NCBI RefSeq assembly: GCF_000012905.2
Contig: NC_007493.2
Span: 1,380,001-1,412,000 of the forward strand
DNA: 32,000 nucleotides
Direction of reading: 5' to 3'
Source: Cereibacter sphaeroides 2.4.1
Lineage (GTDB): Bacteria; Pseudomonadota; Alphaproteobacteria; Rhodobacterales; Rhodobacteraceae
A program made the position numbers and the translations under genes. The notes under the pieces were generated by a model that ran no database searches, was not told the DNA's origin, and saw only the letters and a program-made list of their open reading frames with translations. This document shows, in pieces, positions 26,551 through 32,000 of the stretch (position 1 is its first letter; each line of letters starts with the position of its first letter).

Positions 26551-27204
26551 ATGACCGTTTTCACCCAAGGCAAGCGCGCCTGCGAAGGCCTGATGAGCGA
26601 GGCGCCCGGGCAGCGCAGCCGTGAGGGCATCGTGATCTCCGCAGGCGCCGGGATTATTGCGCCCATGACCGTGCTCGGGAAGAAACTCCACAGCTCGCTC
26701 GCGGCGACCGCCAGCGCATCGCCCGCTGGCAAAGGGACCCTCACGCTGGCTGCACCCCCTGTCGGCCCTGGCGCCAAGGCGGGCGTCTACAAGGTCGTGA
26801 TCGTGGAGCCCGCGACGAACGCCGGGGCCTTCGTGGTCGAGGATCCGAGCGGCGTGATCGTCGGGAACGGCACGGTGGGCGTCGCATTCACCGGAGAGAT
26901 CAAGTTCACCCTGGCTGACGGCGCGACGGATTGGGCCGCTGGCGATTTCGTGACTGTCACCGTGCCCGCCGGGTCCGGCGAATACATCCCGTCGGACGTC
27001 ACCGCGACCGACGGCAGCCAGATCGCCGCGGCCGTGAACCTTTACGGCTGCGACGCCACCAGCGCGGCGCAGGCGGTCTCGGCCATCGTCCGGGATGCGG
27101 AGGTCAACGGCAACTTCCTCACCTACCACGCGAGCCGTGACCAGGCATCCGAGAAGGCTGCGGCCGTCGCTGATCTGGCCGCGGCCGGCATCATCGTTCG
27201 GTGA
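26551..27204 (+). CDS. head decoration protein, lambda gpD-like, long form
   Basis: 217 aa. AAGGAGAAGGG upstream. N-terminus MTVFTQGKRACEGLMSEAPGQRSREGIVISAG and C-terminus TDGSQIAAAVNLYGCDATS...AIVRDAEVNGNFLTY...ADLAAAGIIVR match the alphaproteobacterial gpD-like pattern. About 100 extra residues sit in the middle. Confidence 0.55.
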   Translation: MTVFTQGKRACEGLMSEAPGQRSREGIVISAGAGIIAPMTVLGKKLHSSLAATASASPAGKGTLTLAAPPVGPGAKAGVYKVVIVEPATNAGAFVVEDPSGVIVGNGTVGVAFTGEIKFTLADGATDWAAGDFVTVTVPAGSGEYIPSDVTATDGSQIAAAVNLYGCDATSAAQAVSAIVRDAEVNGNFLTYHASRDQASEKAAAVADLAAAGIIVR

Positions 27205-27722
27205 CGGCGATGCCCCGCGTCCGAAAGACGCGCGCAGATGCGCCCGCATTGCCGGCGGATGCGGTGCGGTTGGCCGAGGCGGCCGAGGTTGTTGGCCTGA
27301 GCGCGGAACGGCTTCGCCAACTGTCCCGCGAGGGTCGCTTCGAGATCGAGCGCGGTCATGCCTCGTTAACCGCCGTGATCGGGGGCGTGATCGCGGCGCT
27401 TCGGGAGCGAGCGCAGAAGGACACGAAAACGGCGAGCCTGAGCCGGGCGCAGGACGCGCGGGCGGCGCTTCTGGCCGCCCGCACCCAACGACGGCGCGAG
27501 CAACTGGTGGCCCGTGCGGATGCCAATCAGGCCCTCGATGAGCTTGGCCGTCGGGCTATCGCCGCGCTGCACCGTGCGCCGGTTCAGGCGGTGGCGGAGC
27601 CGCTGCGCGCCGCCGTGCGCGCGGAGGCGGCGGACGCGGAGCGCAAGATCGGTAAGGCCGTCCGCGAGGCGAAGGCCGCATTGGCGAGCGGCGACTTCTC
27701 GAGGATTGCGCCCGATGAATAA
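27201..27722 (+). CDS. Nu1-like small terminase / DNA-packaging HTH protein, paralogue 1
   Basis: 173 aa. GTG at 27201 overlaps the upstream stop; an alternative ATG lies at 27210. N-terminal HTH (VRLAEAAEVVGLSAERLRQLSREGRFEIERG) is followed by a long helical Arg/Ala region (ARAALLAARTQRRREQLVARADANQALDELG), as in Nu1-type TerS. Confidence 0.45.
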   Translation: MTAMPRVRKTRADAPALPADAVRLAEAAEVVGLSAERLRQLSREGRFEIERGHASLTAVIGGVIAALRERAQKDTKTASLSRAQDARAALLAARTQRRREQLVARADANQALDELGRRAIAALHRAPVQAVAEPLRAAVRAEAADAERKIGKAVREAKAALASGDFSRIAPDE

Positions 27723-28116
27723 CCTTGCCGCAGCATTGCTCGAGCGCCGCTTCCCTCTCGCCGATGCAGCGGCGGCGCTCTCCGTCCCGGCCGCTGTGCT
27801 GCAGCTTGGGGCTGGTGACGACGGGGCCATTCCCTTCCGGCGCGCCGTGCGCCTCGCGCTGGCGCACCATCGGACACTGGCCTATGCCGTGCGCGGTCCG
27901 GCGCCTGCGCCTAGCGATCAGCGGGCCTACCAGCGTCACCTCCCGGCGGCCAGGCAGGCCGTGGGCACGGCGATCTCGGGTGCCTTGGCCACCGCGGCCG
28001 AGCGCGTGGCGGGTCTGCCGGCCGCCCATCCGTGGGATAAGCAGGCGCGAGACCGCGTCGCCACCGCGCTCCGCACCGCGTCGATGCGTCGTTACGGGAG
28101 GCGCGCCAATGGCTGA
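27715..28116 (+). CDS. hypothetical protein between the two TerS-like genes
   Basis: 133 aa. Its ATG overlaps the upstream stop (ATGAATAA). Its stop overlaps the next ATG. Possible HTH (LADAAAALSVPAAVLQL). Confidence 0.4.
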   Translation: MNNLAAALLERRFPLADAAAALSVPAAVLQLGAGDDGAIPFRRAVRLALAHHRTLAYAVRGPAPAPSDQRAYQRHLPAARQAVGTAISGALATAAERVAGLPAAHPWDKQARDRVATALRTASMRRYGRRANG

Positions 28117-28561
28117 CGCTCAGATCACCGTCGCCGCCTTCGGCCGCCTCGTGGGCGCCACGCGGGCAGAGTTGGAAGCGCTGATCTCGGCCGGCGCCTT
28201 GCCAAAGCCCACGGGCCGGGATCGGCGCCTCCCGCTGCGAGAGGCCGCCGCGCGCTACCTCGCGCACCTCCGCGCGGAACTTGCGACGGCCCGGGCCGGC
28301 GCCGCTGCCAGCCGGGCGCAGGAAGCGCGGGCCGGTGCTGCCACTCTCGCGCTCGCGGTGGAGAGGCGAGAGCTCTTGGACGCCCACGAGGTCGAGGTCG
28401 CGTTAGCTTCCGCCTGCGGTGCGATCAACACAGCGCTATTGGTCATTCCGGCCCGCGTCACCCGCGACAGTCGCCAGCTCCGCCTTCTGGAAGATGCTAT
28501 CTACCAGCTCCGGGCTGAGCTTGCCGCCGATCTCCAATCCGAGGACGAAAAGCAGGCATGA
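28109..28561 (+). CDS. Nu1-like small terminase / DNA-packaging HTH protein, paralogue 2
   Basis: 150 aa. N-terminal HTH (ITVAAFGRLVGATRAELEALISAGALPKP) followed by a helical region (SRAQEARAGAATLALAVERRELLDAHEVEVAL). Same layout as 27201-27722. Confidence 0.45.
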   Translation: MADAQITVAAFGRLVGATRAELEALISAGALPKPTGRDRRLPLREAAARYLAHLRAELATARAGAAASRAQEARAGAATLALAVERRELLDAHEVEVALASACGAINTALLVIPARVTRDSRQLRLLEDAIYQLRAELAADLQSEDEKQA

Positions 28562-28791
28562 CCATGACGATTTACGAAACCGTAACCGTGGCGGGCGATC
28601 GGATCACCCTGCCGCTGCTCATCTGGCGCCGGTTCAAGCGCCCGGTTCCCGGCGTGCTCGAGGCGACCCTCGAGGCGAACCCTGGCCTTGCGGACCTCGG
28701 GCCGGTGCTTCCGGTGGGAACGAAGATCCGCATCCCGATCCCGGCCCCGGAGGCCGAGAAGCGGCCGACGGAACGCATTTCGCTCTGGTGA
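28558..28791 (+). CDS. P2 gpX-like tail protein X (LysM-like)
   Basis: 77 aa. ATGA overlap with the upstream gene. Pattern YETVTVAGDRITLPLLIWRRF......LEATLEANPGLADLGPVLPVGTKIRIP fits the Phage_tail_X family. Confidence 0.55.
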   Translation: MTMTIYETVTVAGDRITLPLLIWRRFKRPVPGVLEATLEANPGLADLGPVLPVGTKIRIPIPAPEAEKRPTERISLW

Positions 28792-28842
28792 TGATGAGAC
28801 CGGGCAGGGGCGGTCCTATGCCGTTCCTGCCCGCATCGGAAA

Positions 28843-28865
28843 AGGCGGAGGCGAGCTGTCCGCCT
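28843..28865. terminator. hairpin between the convergent gpX-like and Cys-rich genes
   Basis: AGGCGGA-N9-TCCGCCT (7-bp stem), preceded by GGGCAGG-N17-CCTGCCC. There is no T tract. Confidence 0.3.
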
Positions 28866-28873
28866 CTGAACGA

Positions 28874-29134
28874 TCAGCAGGCGCAGCCCGGACCTTTCCG
28901 ACAGGACTTCGAGACCGCGATGCAGCTGTCGCCGCATGGTTTCCCCTTCCGGCACGTCTTGCAACAGGCGGCGAGAAGGACCCGCGGGCCCGATCGCATC
29001 CTCTGCACATGCTGCAGAAGGCTCTCCGAAACGGTGCCGTCCGCACGGCTCATTCCCAAGGTCCGCACAGGATCTGCCGCCGCAACGGATGAGATCATGA
29101 TCGCAAGGCAGGCGAGACGAAGGATAGATCCCAT
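28874..29134 (-). CDS. small secreted Cys-rich protein
   Basis: 86 aa from the ATG at 29134, with AGGAG 6 nt upstream. The track ORF extends to 29299. Signal peptide MGSILRLACLAIMISSVAAA. The C-terminus CCKTCRKGKPCGDSCIAVSKSCRKGPGCAC has 9 Cys in 30 residues. Confidence 0.5.
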   Translation of the reverse strand: MGSILRLACLAIMISSVAAADPVRTLGMSRADGTVSESLLQHVQRMRSGPRVLLAACCKTCRKGKPCGDSCIAVSKSCRKGPGCAC

Positions 29135-30006
29135 TGGAGCTCCTATGGTGGCGCGCGCCAATTGCGCGTGAACACCGTGGAGGAGCCTGCGCGCTGATCC
29201 GATGTGGCGCCACGCCTCCCGTTCGGAATAGCCGAGCCATGTCCGTAGGTATGCGATCAGAATTCGAAAGGTCGGCGCCGGTCGTGCTGCCGGCGGCACT
29301 CATGCGCTCTCACAGCGGCTCAAGGGAGGGGCGGCCGCAGACCTTCGGAGGAGCCTGCGGCCTATCCGTCGCAAGATTATGAGGCCGCTTCGGATGGCGG
29401 CCTGCTACTGCGCCGGCGCATGATCCGCACTGCGGCACAATGAGGCGCAGCCGACCGGGCGAGGCACCGGACGTCGCTGCTCCGGCCATCATTCCCGCCA
29501 GCCCGGAGCGTGGTGCGGTCGAGCTTTGTCAGCGTTGGTGTGACAGGTCGATCGAAGGCTGTCGCAGGCGCGGCGGAAAGGGGTGATTTGCCCGTCGGCC
29601 GTTTCCGATCTTCGACCTCCGAGGAGATGGGAAATCGGAAGTTGCCGGGCGGGCGGATCATGCCGGGGTCGCGGTGCGCGCTCACGTTTCGCTCCCGCGC
29701 CTCGTGGATCTCGTCGCGGCGGATCCCGAGGTCGGCGGCAGTGGCGGGTTTCGTGGTGGGGGCGGGCGCAACGCCCGGCTTGGAAGAGACTTCGTGATCT
29801 GCAACGTCTTTTTTCCGGGCCTCGCTGCCTGTGCGCCGCCACCTCGCCCCACTCCCGCGCAGCGTCCCCAACTGCCGGCCGCATCCTCAATCGGGCCTCC
29901 ATCCTCACGAAGGCGGCTTGCGCCCTGTAGACCACACCAGGCGCATCACGGGCCGCAGGTTTCCCGGCTGGCACGCAACGGCTCATTGGCGGCTCTGGCC
30001 GCCATC

Positions 30007-30036
30007 TTGAAATTCAGCGCAGTTTCCGCATATACA
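30007..30036 (+). promoter_or_regulatory. candidate promoter giving a near-leaderless brnT mRNA
   Basis: TTGAAA (30007-30012), 18-nt spacer, TATACA (30031-30036). The brnT ATG lies at 30044 and no Shine-Dalgarno is present in the 7 intervening nt. Confidence 0.4.
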
Positions 30037-30043
30037 AAAACTC

Positions 30044-30292
30044 ATGTTGGTGATTGTATGGGATGAGCCAAAGCGGCGCAGCAACCTGGCGAAGCATGGG
30101 CTGGACTTCGCGGACCTAGACGAGGAGTTCTTCCTGTCGTCGGTTGTCGTGCCAGCAAGCGCAGGCCGTCACATGGCGATCGGGCGCCTTGAGGATGGAA
30201 CCATTGCCGTGGTCTTCGCGGTTCTGGGGGCCGAGGGCGTTTCGATCATCTCTATGCGCCCTGCGAGCCGAAAGGAGAGGAGCCTTCTATGA
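30044..30292 (+). CDS. brnT: BrnT (DUF497) type II ribonuclease toxin
   Basis: 82 aa. WDEPKRRSNLAKHGLDFADL ... GVSIISMRPASRKERSLL matches the BrnT pattern (WD..K...N..KHG..F ... IRIISAR.A...E). Confidence 0.8.
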   Translation: MLVIVWDEPKRRSNLAKHGLDFADLDEEFFLSSVVVPASAGRHMAIGRLEDGTIAVVFAVLGAEGVSIISMRPASRKERSLL

Positions 30293-30594
30293 CGAAGAAG
30301 CGTCAACTCGACACGGAAGAGACCCGCATCCAGCGGATGATCGCGAGCGACCCGGATGCTCCCGAAGCGACCGACGCGCAGCTTGCGCAGGCCCGACCCT
30401 TCACTGAGGCGTTTCCTGTGCTGGCCGAGGCCATGCGGCGCAGCGCAGGCGGTCGCCCGAAGCTGGACGCGCCGAAAATGTCGGTTTCACTTCGCCTCGA
30501 TCAGGACGTGGTGGCGCACTTCAAGGCAGGCGGCCCCGGTTGGCAATCTCGGATGAACCGCGCCCTGCGGGAGGCGGTCGGCCTCTCCGGCTAG
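30289..30594 (+). CDS. brnA: BrnA antitoxin
   Basis: 101 aa. ATGA overlap with brnT. GGRPKLDAPKMSVSLRLDQDVVAHFKAGGPGWQSRMNRALREAV is the BrnA family signature. Confidence 0.8.
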   Translation: MTKKRQLDTEETRIQRMIASDPDAPEATDAQLAQARPFTEAFPVLAEAMRRSAGGRPKLDAPKMSVSLRLDQDVVAHFKAGGPGWQSRMNRALREAVGLSG

Positions 30595-30811
30595 CGGCGC
30601 GGCGAGGAAAAGGGGGGGGGGCGCGCGGCCAGAGAACCCCATTTCCGGGCCACCTGCGGGCGGTGACGTCTATGGCTGCCGGACACAGTGCTGCCGCGCG
30701 CTTGTGCCCGTCCAGCGCCCGCTACTTGGCTCCTGCGGCATTAAGAGGTTTTCTTGCGGTCGGGCCGGCGTCATGGCATGTCGGAAACATTCCCGCACAT
30801 AGGAGCCCCGC

Positions 30812-31395
30812 ATGAATGCCCGGACGCCCCTCGCCGCCCTTCTCGGTGCCGTCGCTGCAGACCTTGCAATTGATCGCAGCGCATGGGGCAGGGCCGCGCC
30901 AGCCGCGGCCCCGGCTCCGACCGAGCCGCGGGAGACATGGACGCCCGGGTTGGTCATGCAGACGATGATCGACGCCCAGCTGTGGGCACGGCGGACAGGT
31001 CGCCCGGTGGGGCCGGCGGGCTACACGCGGTCTCGCTCGGATTACCAAGCAAGCGATCTGGACTTCGAGCGCGAGGGCTGGGGCCTGCCCGAGGTGGCCG
31101 ATCCTGAGACGACATTCCCCCGATGCGCGTCCAGGCCACGGCCGCCCTGGTCAGCCTCTATGAGGCCGCGCTCGAATGGCCTGCGGACTATCTTTGCCCG
31201 GAGCACATCGGCTCCGCCCGGATGCTCGGCCTGTTCACCGTGTGCAAGGCCATAGGCCTGCCCGTTGCGCGCGAGCTGAAGGCGCGTGGCGTAGCGCGTC
31301 ACCACGCCTACCGGCTCCGGGATCGCGGCCTCTCCCTCACCGCCCAGGGCCTCGAGCGGGACGGGGTGCCGGTGCCCCAGCCCGAGCGGCTGTAG
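30812..31395 (+). pseudogene. island HTH-type protein split by a frameshift at a C5 run
   Basis: ORF 30812..31255 has plausible sequence to ~31120, then R/S/P-rich nonsense. ORF 31123..31395 is in the -1 frame, which is open from 31108. The junction is at CCCCC 31117-31121. The joined product is ~194 aa with a C-terminal HTH-like region (VARHHAYRLRDRGLSLTAQGL). AGGAG lies 7 nt upstream of the ATG at 30812. Confidence 0.5.
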
Positions 31396-31490
31396 AACCG
31401 CCTACGGGGCATCGCGCCGCGCAGTCTTCACCATTGAACGCCTCGCCACGATCGCGACCCACATAGCCAGCAGTTCGGCTTAACCGGGCG

Positions 31491-32000
31491 CTAAATGTGA
31501 GGGTTCTTCGGAACCCGAGGTTGCTGCAAGATATTCTCGACCACGCTCCAAGGCCAAACGATGCCAAGCTGAAGATCTTCCTTCACGTTAATCCTCCCAG
31601 AGTAAACGCCAACGATCTGTGCTGCACCGCGCTCAGCCACCACCGTATCGCCATCGCTGTTGATGTAAATTCCGCTATTAGCGACTTGGATAACCAAAGA
31701 ACCGGACATTCCTGGTCGCGAGGCGGTGTCTACATAGAAACACGGAGGACGGTGCACTTCTGCCAAAAGCGGCTCACTTGCAACGCTTGCGCGCTTCCAT
31801 ATGGGAAGTGGCTGAAACTTCAGCTTGAAGGGGAAGCCAATTATAAAAACTTCCGATCCCGTCCCGATATAGAAGCCTCGCATGACAGTGCCGTCACCAA
31901 GATCGTCATTAAGGCATGTGATCTGCAACCCATCCGGCAGCTGGCATGGAATTGCCACCACATCCACTTTCGCGTCCTCGTCTTTGTGCTCCAACCATTG
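31491..32000 (-). CDS. trypsin-like (S1/chymotrypsin-fold) serine protease, C-terminal part; N-terminus beyond the window
   Basis: The frame is open to the window edge (QWLEHKDED...). An Asp-type motif (VDVVAI) and the Ser motif SRPGMSGSLV are present; the catalytic His is expected upstream. GC content is markedly lower than the rest of the window. Confidence 0.55.
   Translation of the reverse strand, partial: QWLEHKDEDAKVDVVAIPCQLPDGLQITCLNDDLGDGTVMRGFYIGTGSEVFIIGFPFKLKFQPLPIWKRASVASEPLLAEVHRPPCFYVDTASRPGMSGSLVIQVANSGIYINSDGDTVVAERGAAQIVGVYSGRINVKEDLQLGIVWPWSVVENILQQPRVPKNPHI

Larger units (their letters stand above)
19183..32000. mobile_element. integrase-bounded island with phage-satellite-like gene content (right end not in window)
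   Basis: Contains the tRNA-fragment att candidate, a P4-type integrase, a co-directional coupled gene string with Rep-like, scaffold-like, decoration-like, TerS-like and gpX-like genes, TA cargo, and a low-GC gene at the edge. No second att copy was found inside the window. Confidence 0.6.

Noticed and set aside
25748-28561. Shared ATGACCATGAC start (MTMT...) of the genes at 25748 and 28558 as a repeat element
   Set aside because: The identity is only 11 nt, confined to the start codon context, and explained by the ATGA overlaps. It was judged coincidental.
29377-29871. 164-aa minus-strand ORF with a short ParB/KorB-like HTH-resembling stretch
   Set aside because: The similarity is limited to ~30 residues recalled from memory. 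The rest is low complexity and there is no RBS. It is reported only as a possible gene remnant in the findings.
31396-31490. Second att copy / right island boundary at the GC transition
   Set aside because: Only a 7-nt match (CTTCACC at ~31430) to the 16-nt tRNA fragment was found, and it is in the opposite orientation. This is not significant, so the island end was left undefined.

Overview
GC-rich alphaproteobacterial chromosome segment; third codon positions are mostly G/C. The gene order and an intergenic REP-like element resemble Rhodobacter/Cereibacter-type genomes, but this is from memory and unverified.

The left ~19 kb (1-19180) looks like core or accessory chromosome. In order it contains:
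- an arsR / small ORF / arsH / MFS arsenical module;
- the zwf-pgl-pgi sugar-phosphate operon;
- a RidA-family gene;
- a periplasmic rhodanese plus YeeE/YedE thiosulfate-type transporter operon;
- a PQQ-type sugar dehydrogenase translationally coupled to a di-haem cytochrome c;
- a compact surface-polysaccharide locus with a PP-loop ATPase-like enzyme, a GT29 sialyltransferase-like protein, a Stealth hexose-1-phosphate transferase, a pyruvyl-transferase-like protein and a GT4 glycosyltransferase;
- an orphan HicB antitoxin.

From ~19183 to the right edge lies an integrase-bounded island. It starts at a 16-nt fragment that looks like the 3' end of a tRNA-Gly, followed by a P4-type tyrosine integrase. 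A long co-directional, translationally coupled gene string then follows:
- winged-HTH replication-like proteins, with an iteron cluster inside one gene;
- several unknown proteins;
- a protease-less scaffold-like protein;
- a long-form lambda gpD-like head-decoration protein;
- two Nu1-like small-terminase paralogues;
- a P2 gpX-like protein.

No major capsid, portal, large terminase, tail or lysis genes are recognisable in this string. The most interesting reading is a capsid- and packaging-hijacking phage satellite in an alphaproteobacterium. Its cargo includes a Cys-rich secreted peptide, a BrnT/BrnA toxin-antitoxin pair, a frameshifted HTH gene and a low-GC trypsin-like protease at the window edge.

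Many long ORFs in the six-frame track are antisense shadow ORFs typical of high-GC DNA and were not called. All family assignments rest on motifs read by eye; no searches were run.
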